A stretch of DNA of 62,632 bases, taken from the NCBI GenBank assembly GCA_033720715.1, contig JAWWBZ010000001.1:1-62632 (forward strand), read 5' to 3'. This DNA comes from Nitrosopumilaceae archaeon (GTDB lineage Archaea > Thermoproteota > Nitrososphaeria > Nitrososphaerales > Nitrosopumilaceae). The translations under genes were made by a program, and so were the position numbers. Below, piece after piece: positions 44,568-52,691 of the stretch; positions within the stretch are counted from its first letter, which is position 1, and each line of letters starts with the position of its first letter. The notes under the pieces were generated by a model. The model did no database searches. It saw only the letters and a program-made list of their open reading frames with translations, and had not been told where the DNA came from.

Positions 44568-44920
44568 TATCCAGTTCGTTGTCTTTCACGGTTAATTTCA
44601 TTTTTCCTTTTGTATTCATCAACAATATCATCTGGTGTTAAGTTAAGTTCAAGTGATGCTTGAACAACAAAATGCCAAATATCAATTAATTCTTCTCTTG
44701 CTTCACTTTCATTAAATGTGGTAGGAGTTTTCCACCACTTCCAATTAGTTGTTCGTTGTAATTCCACAGCTTCATGCATAATTGCCGTACATAATGACGA
44801 AACCCGTCCTTCAGTATCTTTAGGATATCTATCTAACTTCATCATTTCTGCCAACCCTTTTTGCAACTTGAAAATTGTTTCTAACCTATCGTCTATTTTT
44901 TCGGTTGTTTCTTGAGACAT
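44564..44920 (-). CDS. all-alpha NTP pyrophosphohydrolase (dimeric dUTPase / MazG-like)
   Basis: 118-aa helical ORF. AIMHEAVELQ...WKWWK...EELIDIWHFVVQ pattern of the dUTPase_2/MazG superfamily. Confidence 0.6.
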   Translation of the reverse strand: MSQETTEKIDDRLETIFKLQKGLAEMMKLDRYPKDTEGRVSSLCTAIMHEAVELQRTTNWKWWKTPTTFNESEAREELIDIWHFVVQASLELNLTPDDIVDEYKRKNEINRERQRTGY

Positions 44921-44961
44921 TGAATAATAAACTTGCTGAAATAATTTAACTTAAATCTTTT

Positions 44962-45855
44962 TTAAAAACGAATCATTTTTTCATATAATTTTACCCGTTT
45001 GTTAATATCAGATTTCTTTAATCCCAACAATCCTTCTAATCCATATTTTTCGACAGCAAAAGAACCCAAAACATTCCCATAAACTACTGCTTTTTTTATT
45101 TCTGAAAGACTAGTAGATTTTTTGCTTGCCAAATACCCAATCATTGCCCCTGCAAACGAATCACCCGCTCCAGTGGGATCAACTACATCTTCCAAGGAGA
45201 ATCCTGCCGAAGGAAAAATTACATCATCAAAAAACATCAAAGATCCATGCTCGCCTTTCTTGATAATTACGTATTTTGCTCCCCATTCCATGATTTTTTT
45301 CGCACATTTTATCAAGTTGTATTCCTTTGTTAGAAGTTTGGCTTCTTCATCATTTATCACAACCGCATCTACTGCCTTTATCATTTTAATCACAGAATTT
45401 CTTTTTGTAGAAATCCAAAAATCTATTGTATCACACATGGAAAATTTTACTTTATCAAATTCCTTAATAAGAGAAGTATTTTGATCCGGATCATTATTGG
45501 CTAGATAAACAAATTGCGATTTTTTGTATTCTTCAGGGACAATAGGTTTAAAATTTTGTAAAACGTTTAGTTCAGTCTTCAAAGTTTCCCTAGAACTTAG
45601 AGTATTATCAAATCTTCCATCATATCGAAATGTTTTACCATCTTTTACTGTAAAACCTGTTAAATCCAAACGAGAGGATAAAGTTTTTTGGTGCTCTTTT
45701 GGAAAGTCTTTTCCAACTACTGCGATTAAACCAGTTTTGACAAAATTACTTGCAGAAATTGCTGCAAATGTAGCTGCTCCTCCTAATACATTTCTCAAGG
45801 TTTTATTTGGAGTTCTAATTGTGTCTAATGCTGTAGATCCAAAAACTGTTAGCAT
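44962..45855 (-). CDS. PfkB-family carbohydrate/nucleoside kinase
   Basis: 297-aa ORF with N-terminal GGAA motif (LGGAATF) and C-terminal DPTGAGDSFAGA. Confidence 0.85.
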   Translation of the reverse strand: MLTVFGSTALDTIRTPNKTLRNVLGGAATFAAISASNFVKTGLIAVVGKDFPKEHQKTLSSRLDLTGFTVKDGKTFRYDGRFDNTLSSRETLKTELNVLQNFKPIVPEEYKKSQFVYLANNDPDQNTSLIKEFDKVKFSMCDTIDFWISTKRNSVIKMIKAVDAVVINDEEAKLLTKEYNLIKCAKKIMEWGAKYVIIKKGEHGSLMFFDDVIFPSAGFSLEDVVDPTGAGDSFAGAMIGYLASKKSTSLSEIKKAVVYGNVLGSFAVEKYGLEGLLGLKKSDINKRVKLYEKMIRF

Positions 45856-45866
45856 TCTATTGCAAA

Positions 45867-46319
45867 CTATTCTTGATGTATAAATTTTCTTGCTTGCTCT
45901 TCAGTTGGATAAAAAACAAATGGAACATCAATAGTTGTTAAGAGAAAATCATATTTTGAAACGCCACTAATTTTCACAGTAGGAGTTTCTTTGGAATCAA
46001 AATTTTTTGAGGTGTGAAATGTACCTTTTACATCTTTATTTCCTAATACAGGTAAGGTAAAGGGTTCAAGTTCTCCTTCTCCAATAGTTTCATCATCCGC
46101 AATTACAAAAAAATCTGTTTCACCAGCAGTTAACAACAATATGGATGGATTTTCAAATTTTAATTTAACATTATATGCAGAACCTAATTCGGTCTTTTCA
46201 ATGAGATCGCTTTCTGTAATTTCTACGGCTATTTGGGAGGCAGCCGCATATTGAGAATACCCAAAAATACTCATGCCTAGTACAAACATTATGATTATGA
46301 TCTTCCTTGAATTTTGCAT
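45867..46319 (-). CDS. secreted hypothetical protein (LEA_2 / immunoglobulin-like beta-sandwich suspected)
   Basis: 150-aa ORF with a signal peptide. Beta-strand-rich, with a pattern similar to 51620..52114. Confidence 0.5.
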   Translation of the reverse strand: MQNSRKIIIIMFVLGMSIFGYSQYAAASQIAVEITESDLIEKTELGSAYNVKLKFENPSILLLTAGETDFFVIADDETIGEGELEPFTLPVLGNKDVKGTFHTSKNFDSKETPTVKISGVSKYDFLLTTIDVPFVFYPTEEQARKFIHQE

Positions 46320-46451
46320 GCGTAATACTCAAAAAATTCTTTTTTAATCTAAAAGAGAAAATTTACCAATAACATGTGTAAAAATTTTGATCTAGTCTTT
46401 AAGCTCATTAGAGCTAACAGAATAAATTAAAATTCAATAATAAAGGAACAG

Positions 46452-46931
46452 ATGGCCAAAATCAAACTAAAATTTGGTGAAAATGAGATCGAGGTAGATT
46501 CAAGGGATTTTTACGTAGATAATCAAACCTTGGGAGAGGTCATTGAAAACCTTGCAAAATTAATGGAAGAAAACCAAACCAAACCCGTCTACTCTAAACC
46601 TGAAAGTGACTCGATCGTAAAAGAATCAAAATTTGATAGTTTGAATGCACTAGAAGATGTAGAATTATTTGAACCTGAATTTAATGAACCTAAACCAATT
46701 TCCACCTCTGAAATTAAAGATAAATTAAAAATTTTAGAAACCAATGATTTCTTTAATGTTCCAAGGACAGTAACCGAGACTGTTCAACAATTACGTGAAT
46801 ATGGTTGGGTTGCAAGCCCATTAGATGTTTCAAAAACTCTTGTGAATATGGCCTCCAACAGAGAAATTTCAAAAAACTCTTCAGAAAACCGAACACATTA
46901 CTTTGTTGTAGAACCAATTTTTGCTAATTAG
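46452..46931 (+). CDS. hypothetical protein
   Basis: 159-aa ORF with an acidic linker and a C-terminal region with a possible winged-helix pattern (TVQQLREYGWVASPLDVSKTLVNM). Confidence 0.5.
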   Translation: MAKIKLKFGENEIEVDSRDFYVDNQTLGEVIENLAKLMEENQTKPVYSKPESDSIVKESKFDSLNALEDVELFEPEFNEPKPISTSEIKDKLKILETNDFFNVPRTVTETVQQLREYGWVASPLDVSKTLVNMASNREISKNSSENRTHYFVVEPIFAN

Positions 46932-47121
46932 AATTGTAGGTACATTTTTGGCAAGAATCAAAAATATCTCCTTCTAAATGATCAAAATGTGTATTACACC
47001 TTTTGCAAGTATGATGCATGTCGAAATACCCATCCTCTTCAACCATTCCAACTTGATTTGATTCTAAATCAGTATTTCCACATTTTATGCAGTGACAACC
47101 ACATTCTATTTTCATTATCAT
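46924..47121 (-). CDS. small Cys/His-rich zinc-binding protein
   Basis: 65-aa ORF with CGCHCIKCG ... HHTCKRCNTHFDH ... CQKC. Confidence 0.5.
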   Translation of the reverse strand: MIMKIECGCHCIKCGNTDLESNQVGMVEEDGYFDMHHTCKRCNTHFDHLEGDIFDSCQKCTYNSN

Positions 47122-47163
47122 TTAATCCTAATAATCTATGTATAGTTGTTTCAAGTATAGAAA

Positions 47164-47322
47164 TTGTTGGAGAAAAAACGTGAAATCCCCTTAGAAATTG
47201 ATGATCATTTTAAACTATTTGGAAAAGAGCCTTGGGAGGTAGAATATGGTGAAAAATGTCCTGTATGTAATATTAGAATTGATGAATATGGATTTTGTTC
47301 CTGTGGTTCGTGTGGGGAATAA
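47164..47322 (+). CDS. possible 52-aa zinc-ribbon ORF (TTG start; below track threshold)
   Basis: Manual translation: (M)LEKKREIPLEIDDHFKLFGKEPWEVEYGEKCPVCNIRIDEYGFCSCGSCGE. Only TTG starts are available (47164/47167). Confidence 0.3.
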   Translation: MLEKKREIPLEIDDHFKLFGKEPWEVEYGEKCPVCNIRIDEYGFCSCGSCGE

Positions 47323-47324
47323 TT

Positions 47325-48239
47325 TTATTTCTTTTTCTTTATGAAAATTATTGCAATTACTGCTCCAATTCCAATTGCTATTCCTATTCCGGCAAGATAC
47401 TCAACAGGAATTGAACCCATATCGTTTTCTGGAAATTCAGGAACAACTGTTCCTGAAATAGAAACTTCTCCTGGATTTTTGGGTTTTAAACTAATCCAAG
47501 TGTGAGTATCATTTTCAATGTATTTGTGAAATAATATTTTTTCATCATTAAGTGATACCTCCAAAGGTTCTTTTAAAAGATTTTTTGGGACTATTAGAGT
47601 TACAAAGTCATTACTATCTTCTAAACCAAAAGTTATTCCGTTTTCTTTATCAAAATTAAATTGGTCTACTTTTGCCCAAGTAATAATCTCAATGACATGA
47701 ACATTGTTCTTACTCTTAACATTCTCAATTAATTTTGGTTGGTCCAAAGAATATTCTAATTTCATCTGGCAACCATGGCAAATAATTCCTGGTTTGTCCC
47801 CAAGAAAAACAGGTTTATCATTTACAAAAACAAGATCAACTTCTTCAGGAAAGATAATAGATGTACTAAGAAAATAAAGCAAATTCCAAGTCCAAAAATT
47901 ATCTATCAGAGTTAATGCATCCGACAGGTCATAAGTAACAATTAATTTTTCATCAGATGGTAGGATCATTATACTATTTTCATTTAATAACCCAAAGGAG
48001 AATTCATCCCCATCTTCATTATTTACTCTTAGGTTAGTAATAGTACCATCTAAAAGATCCAATTGCTTAGGTTCATTTTGTTTTTTTATTTCATGGATTA
48101 CCTTCACATCTCCTAAAGAATTAATTTCCACACGAACTGATTTCTGCAAGGAATCTTCAGTTTTTATTTGACCGTGAGCTGTGGGAATAATAATTAACAT
48201 TGAAAAAATTATTGAAAAAATAATGATCTGATTTTTCAT
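47325..48239 (-). CDS. secreted protein with a PEFG-CTERM-like C-terminal sorting/anchor region
   Basis: 304-aa ORF with a signal peptide. C-terminus is ...VVPEFPENDMGSIPVEYLAGIGIAIGIGAVIAIIFIKKKK. Confidence 0.6.
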   Translation of the reverse strand: MKNQIIIFSIIFSMLIIIPTAHGQIKTEDSLQKSVRVEINSLGDVKVIHEIKKQNEPKQLDLLDGTITNLRVNNEDGDEFSFGLLNENSIMILPSDEKLIVTYDLSDALTLIDNFWTWNLLYFLSTSIIFPEEVDLVFVNDKPVFLGDKPGIICHGCQMKLEYSLDQPKLIENVKSKNNVHVIEIITWAKVDQFNFDKENGITFGLEDSNDFVTLIVPKNLLKEPLEVSLNDEKILFHKYIENDTHTWISLKPKNPGEVSISGTVVPEFPENDMGSIPVEYLAGIGIAIGIGAVIAIIFIKKKK

Positions 48240-48716
48240 CTATTCCACTGTTACATGAAGCATTTTAGCTTCTTCAAGAGGACAATCATTACCATCTCTT
48301 TGTAAATTCACAATTTTGTCTGCAACATCCATTCCTTCAATGACTTCTCCAAAAACGGTGTACTGTCTGTCCAAAAATGTTGAATCCGTAGTCACAATAA
48401 AAAACTGTGAACCTGCGCTGTCTGGATCTTGAGCTCTAGCCATTGAAACAATACCTCTTAAATGAGATCTAGAATTAAATTCAGCCTTAATGGTGTAGCC
48501 TGGACCTCCCATTCCCCAACTTCCTTTATTACCAGTCTTTGTGTTTGGATCTCCTCCCTGAATCATAAAACCAGGGATTACTCTATGAAAAAGCGTACCA
48601 TCATAAAATCCATCTTTTGCTAATTTCACAAAATTTCTAACGGTCTCAGGAGCTAATTCAGGAAGTAATTTAAAAGAAATTTTTCCAAGATTTGTCTCAA
48701 TTGTAATATTACTCAA
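48240..48716 (-). CDS. ppiB: peptidyl-prolyl cis-trans isomerase, cyclophilin type
   Basis: 158-aa ORF with FHRVIPGFMIQGGDP and SAGSQFFI motifs. Confidence 0.9.
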   Translation of the reverse strand: MSNITIETNLGKISFKLLPELAPETVRNFVKLAKDGFYDGTLFHRVIPGFMIQGGDPNTKTGNKGSWGMGGPGYTIKAEFNSRSHLRGIVSMARAQDPDSAGSQFFIVTTDSTFLDRQYTVFGEVIEGMDVADKIVNLQRDGNDCPLEEAKMLHVTVE

Positions 48717-48948
48717 TACGGAGTTTTTACCGTCTTACCATAAGAGTCTTTTGTGGCAGAATATTTGAAAAATATTAATTATGATTATTGTAAATTGAAA
48801 AATTTTCAAATGTAATTACGTATTTCGTCGATAGAACTAATTTTTCCAAAAATTTTTCAAAGTTAAATTTTCTGAATTAATATTCAAATTACAATATTTT
48901 AAAATTCTAAGTTATAGTGTTATATAGAACGAATAAAATTGAAATTCG

Positions 48949-49173
48949 TTGAATCGTACAAATCAAAGCACGATCATTAAAGAAGCAATTAATTCTTATC
49001 TAGACAAGGGAGTTACCGACAAACAAGACATCTATACCAAAGTAGTAGACGAGCTAGGAGTTCCTAGACCAACCGTTAGAAGAGTGGCAAGAGATCTTCG
49101 AAACGAATTATTACAAAAAATTCAGATCTTACAATCTGATATGCCTAAAACTACTCCCGAAGAAGACCAATAA
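48949..49173 (+). CDS. small helix-turn-helix protein (hypothetical)
   Basis: 74-aa ORF from TTG. ELGVPRPTVRRVARDLRNEL is an HTH-like segment. Preceded by a ~230-bp AT-rich intergenic region. Confidence 0.45.
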   Translation: MNRTNQSTIIKEAINSYLDKGVTDKQDIYTKVVDELGVPRPTVRRVARDLRNELLQKIQILQSDMPKTTPEEDQ

Positions 49174-49258
49174 ACTTGGCTCCTTTTTCTTTTTAATTAA
49201 AACCTACTAGTGATATCTAACATTACTGTTATAAACAATGGATTTTCTGGAGTAAATA

Positions 49259-49732
49259 ATGGGATATTTGGGCAACCATTTGGCCACGGTAGTTACCGGA
49301 GTTTTTGCCGCAGTACTAACTGGACTATGGCCAATCTTTATGGATTTTGCACCCCTCTTAGAATTCATCTTTATCATGGCAGTCCCAATAACTTGGTTCC
49401 TGACAGGCATTTGTTGGGTATCTCAAAGAAGTGCTGATTATGCCCACAACAATCCTCCACCCACTCATGAAAAAAAAAGCTTGAGTAGGGCAAAACAAGT
49501 AACTACATTTTATACACCTGAAGGAAAGAAAGCAAGCCAAAGTCAAATCACTGAGGCAAAAACTGAACTATCTGAGGAATTGAATTCTCTTAAAGCAACA
49601 GTGAAGATCAAAGATGATGAGATTGAAAGATTAAACCAAGAAATTTCTAATCTTCAAACTCTTGTTCAGATTGAATCATTAAAAACGGAATTAGCCAATC
49701 TAAAGATGTTAGCCTCAAAATCAAAAAAGTAA
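49259..49732 (+). CDS. membrane protein with C-terminal coiled coil (hypothetical)
   Basis: 157-aa ORF with two N-terminal TM helices, then the heptad-like segment LNSLKATVKIKDDEIERLNQEISNLQTLVQIESLKTELANLKML. Confidence 0.5.
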   Translation: MGYLGNHLATVVTGVFAAVLTGLWPIFMDFAPLLEFIFIMAVPITWFLTGICWVSQRSADYAHNNPPPTHEKKSLSRAKQVTTFYTPEGKKASQSQITEAKTELSEELNSLKATVKIKDDEIERLNQEISNLQTLVQIESLKTELANLKMLASKSKK

Positions 49733-49733
49733 C

Positions 49734-49853
49734 TTAATTGTTGCAATGACAACAAACCATTCCGTGATTCCCTTTACACCCCGGACAACTAACAGCACCC
49801 CCATAATGACATTTACATGAACACTGTTCTGTTGTTTCCTTTGATTCACTCAT
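49734..49853 (-). CDS. 39-aa Cys/His-rich (metallothionein-like) ORF (below track threshold)
   Basis: Manual translation: MSESKETTEQCSCKCHYGGAVSCPGCKGNHGMVCCHCNN. 8 Cys and 3 His in the last 29 residues. ATG start, TAA stop. A locally GC-richer patch. Confidence 0.4.
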   Translation of the reverse strand: MSESKETTEQCSCKCHYGGAVSCPGCKGNHGMVCCHCNN

Positions 49854-50059
49854 GGATACTTCTTGTATATACTATCAATATTTTACCTTTACATCCTATT
49901 GTAATAAAGTAATGAGATTTTTTCTCCTATTAGATACTGCTGGTATTCTTTTCAATTGATGATATTCACAAAAAATCTTCTAATTTTATTTGAAAACGAA
50001 GTAATTCCTTTACTCTAAAACTATACCCAAAAAACTAGATCAAACAATCTACTCATAGT

Positions 50060-50602
50060 CTAGTTTTGATTTTGTAATTTCAAAGCTAGTTCCAAAGTTC
50101 CATCCACCATTTCTTCCAATCTCTTCTTTGCCGAATCATCTGACACTGAATTATCTGAAATAGAGTCGACTGTAAGAAATACCGCTTTTGGATTGGCAAT
50201 CACTCTAAAATAAGAAAGCAGTTGGGTTATCAGAGTCTGCACATCAATAAATCCAATATTGCCTGCTGCCATTATAGCCATTCCTGCCACTTTTCCCTCT
50301 GTTTTTTTGTAATTTACATACTCGAACAAATTTTTCAACGCAGAACTAAAGAATGAGTTGTAAATAGGTGAGCCTATTAGCCAAACATCAGCCTCCATGA
50401 TGTTTTTTGTTGCATTCTTTGTGACTTCATTATACTCTTCGTCAGGTCCTCTATAACATTCAATTTGATCTTTTGAGAGGTTAACAAATCTTACATCGAC
50501 ATCTTTTGTCTTCACGTAATTATAGACAAAATTCATTGCCACCTGGGTATTGGATTGTTTTCTAGGACTTGCTGAAATAACAACAACCTTCATAATTTTC
50601 AA
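50060..50602 (-). CDS. NAD(P)H-dependent FMN reductase (flavodoxin-like fold)
   Basis: 180-aa ORF with the N-terminal MKVVVISASPRKQSNT pattern and the IGSPIYNSFFSSALKN segment. Confidence 0.8.
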   Translation of the reverse strand: MKIMKVVVISASPRKQSNTQVAMNFVYNYVKTKDVDVRFVNLSKDQIECYRGPDEEYNEVTKNATKNIMEADVWLIGSPIYNSFFSSALKNLFEYVNYKKTEGKVAGMAIMAAGNIGFIDVQTLITQLLSYFRVIANPKAVFLTVDSISDNSVSDDSAKKRLEEMVDGTLELALKLQNQN

Positions 50603-50644
50603 AATTGATTTCTATATTTAAACGCCAAATTTTTCAAAATTATG

Positions 50645-50738
50645 CGGGCTTGGAGGGCTTCGATCCCTCGACCTGTAACTTAGGAGGCTACCGCGCTATC
50701 CATGTTTCGCGTCGTTTTTGACTCTGCGCCACAAGCCC
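50645..50738 (-). tRNA. tRNA-Arg (anticodon CCT) with an apparent ~19-nt intron in the D-loop
   Basis: Minus-strand read: GGGCTTG TG GCGC [29-nt loop AGAGTCAAAAACGACGCGAAACATGGATA] GCGC G GTAGC CTCCTAA GTTAC AGGTC GAGGG ATCGAAG CCCTC CAAGCCC G. Every stem except the D-loop length is canonical. Confidence 0.75.
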
Positions 50739-50762
50739 AGCAAAAAAAATACTTGTAATTAT

Positions 50763-51473
50763 TTAAGGGTAATCAAGATTTGATTTGATAATTTTTTGAA
50801 TTGTTTTCCAAGATATATTATCAATATCATTCCATTTTTCAAAATAAACTACATCTTTTAGATCAAGTCTTGGTAACCAACCAGCAGTCTCTAAATCGGG
50901 TTTGGTTGCAAATTCATCTACATATCCTAAACACAAATAGGCAACAGGAACAACATGATTTGGAATTTCTAATACCTCTTTTAGAATTTCATTGGAAAGA
51001 ATACTTACCCAACCAAGACCTAATCCTTCAGTCCGTGCCGATAACCAAAGATTCTGAATAGCACAACAAACACTATACAATCCAGCTTCAGGAATGCTTG
51101 ATCTTCCAATTACAAATGGACCAAATTTTGTAGGATCATATGTTACACATAAGTTAACAGGTGATTCTAAAATTCCTTCTAATTTGAATGATAGATATTT
51201 TGATTTTTTTGGCTCTTCTATTAGTTTTGAAGATCTCTCCTTTTCTTCTTCAAAGGATTTTTTGATTTTTGTCTTTGTTTCCTTGTCCTTTATCAAAATG
51301 AAATTCCATGGTTGTGAGAAACCAACGGAGGGAGCATGATGAGCTGCATTTAAAATTCGAGACAAAACCTCACTCTCAATTGGTTTGGGTGTAAAGTGTG
51401 ACCTAACATCTCTTCTAGAATGAATTGCCTTGTAAAGCCCCTTTTTTTCCTCCTCAGTGAAATCTTCAGTCAT
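50763..51473 (-). CDS. bluB: 5,6-dimethylbenzimidazole synthase (BluB, nitroreductase fold)
   Basis: 236-aa ORF with IHSRRDVRSHF and APSVGFSQPWNFILI signatures typical of BluB. Confidence 0.8.
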   Translation of the reverse strand: MTEDFTEEEKKGLYKAIHSRRDVRSHFTPKPIESEVLSRILNAAHHAPSVGFSQPWNFILIKDKETKTKIKKSFEEEKERSSKLIEEPKKSKYLSFKLEGILESPVNLCVTYDPTKFGPFVIGRSSIPEAGLYSVCCAIQNLWLSARTEGLGLGWVSILSNEILKEVLEIPNHVVPVAYLCLGYVDEFATKPDLETAGWLPRLDLKDVVYFEKWNDIDNISWKTIQKIIKSNLDYP

Positions 51474-51540
51474 CCCACTTGCCTTTTTCCTTTCATTTGT
51501 TAAACGTTAATAATGTCTGCAACTAGTCTTGTTTTTCAAT

Positions 51541-51614
51541 GGGCCGGTAGTCTAGCTGGTTAGGATACCGCCTCGACACGGCGGTGATCGTGAGTTCGAA
51601 TCTCACTCGGCCCA
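51541..51614 (+). tRNA. tRNA-Val (anticodon GAC)
   Basis: Acceptor GGGCCGG/TCGGCCC, anticodon stem CCGCC/GGCGG, loop TCGACAC, T arm GTGAG-TTCGAAT-CTCAC, discriminator A. Confidence 0.85.
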
Positions 51615-51619
51615 TTTTC

Positions 51620-52114
51620 TTAAGTTGATGCAGTAAACTCTTTTTCAACTATACTCCAGGCACTTTCAGTTGTTATCATTCCTTCTACTTTGAAATTAGT
51701 AATTTGCTCATCCAAAACTGCTTGAAACAGTTCATTTCTAATTTCTGCTCTTTCTAATTGAATTGTATTTTCTATTGGAATCTGTACACCGGAACCAAAG
51801 ATAGGTCTTCCTGGCATTGGTACATCTGCGGTTGAATATTGCCCAGTTGCCAAATATTCTCCATCTGCAAATAAATCATAATTTATCAGCGCAATTGTAA
51901 AGGTTTTTTCTCCAGGATTCGAAACAAGGAATTTCACTTTTACCTTAACGGTATTTTCAACTCTGTTAATTTCTCCTACTTCGACTCCAAGTAAATTAAC
52001 TTCGACTTTTTCTAACTCTGGATTTTCTAAACTTGCATACCATGCAAAAAATCCCATTAAAGCTAACATCCCTGCAATTGCTGCGTAAACTACCATTTTA
52101 CTTTGAAGTGCCAA
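51620..52114 (-). CDS. membrane-anchored LEA_2-like (water-stress/NDR1-like) beta-sandwich protein
   Basis: 164-aa ORF with an N-terminal TM, then VEVNLLGVEVGEINRVENTVKVKVKFLVSNPGEKTFTI... typical of LEA_2 domains. Confidence 0.55.
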   Translation of the reverse strand: MALQSKMVVYAAIAGMLALMGFFAWYASLENPELEKVEVNLLGVEVGEINRVENTVKVKVKFLVSNPGEKTFTIALINYDLFADGEYLATGQYSTADVPMPGRPIFGSGVQIPIENTIQLERAEIRNELFQAVLDEQITNFKVEGMITTESAWSIVEKEFTAST

Positions 52115-52196
52115 ACCATTGTTTGCACATCATTATCAACTAAAAAAGGTTGTCAAGATCCAAATACATAATATTTGAATTAACTTATCAAAATTT

Positions 52197-52691
52197 GTGG
52201 CCGTTGAACAAGCAATACTAACTTGGATTCATCTTGTAGCTGCAGCTATTTGGGTTGGTGGATCTCTTTTTATTGGAATTGTGTTTTCTCCAATACTAAA
52301 GTCAATTTCAACATCTGTAGAAGAAAGAATTCAAATAATGATTAAAGTTGGAAAAAGGTTCAACAAAATAGCAGTACCATCCCTTGTTATTCTTATGGGT
52401 ACGGGTTTGTATAACTCTCATATGCTTTTGAGCAAACCAGATTTACTATTAGCTACTAGTTATGGAACGTTCCTTACTATCAAGATAATTCTGGTGATTG
52501 CATTAATAATTACATATGCAATACATGTCAGAGTTATCCGCAAAGATGTTGAGGATAAATTAATGTCTAACCAAATGCCAATCCAACAAATTCAAAAATT
52601 AAGAAAAAAAATCATAATTTTAGGAGAAATTACAGTAATACTCTCTGTAATAATTCTCCTAATGGCAGCACTACTTGACGCTGGAGTGTGA
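52197..52691 (+). CDS. CopD-like membrane protein
   Basis: 164-aa ORF from GTG of 4 TM with the WIHLVAAAIWVGGSLF motif, as in CopD-domain proteins. Confidence 0.55.
   Translation: MAVEQAILTWIHLVAAAIWVGGSLFIGIVFSPILKSISTSVEERIQIMIKVGKRFNKIAVPSLVILMGTGLYNSHMLLSKPDLLLATSYGTFLTIKIILVIALIITYAIHVRVIRKDVEDKLMSNQMPIQQIQKLRKKIIILGEITVILSVIILLMAALLDAGV

Noticed and set aside
48717-48948. 232-bp AT-rich intergenic region upstream of the small HTH gene, considered for an ncRNA or small ORF
   Set aside because: No GC-rich structured segment, stable hairpin or conserved-looking ORF could be identified by eye. It probably holds promoter/UTR sequence, but that cannot be resolved without transcript data.
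49957-49962. TGATGA (C-box-like) in the 49854-50059 spacer, considered as a C/D-box sRNA
   Set aside because: There is no matching D box (CTGA) with terminal complementarity at a suitable distance, and no C'/D' pair was found by eye.
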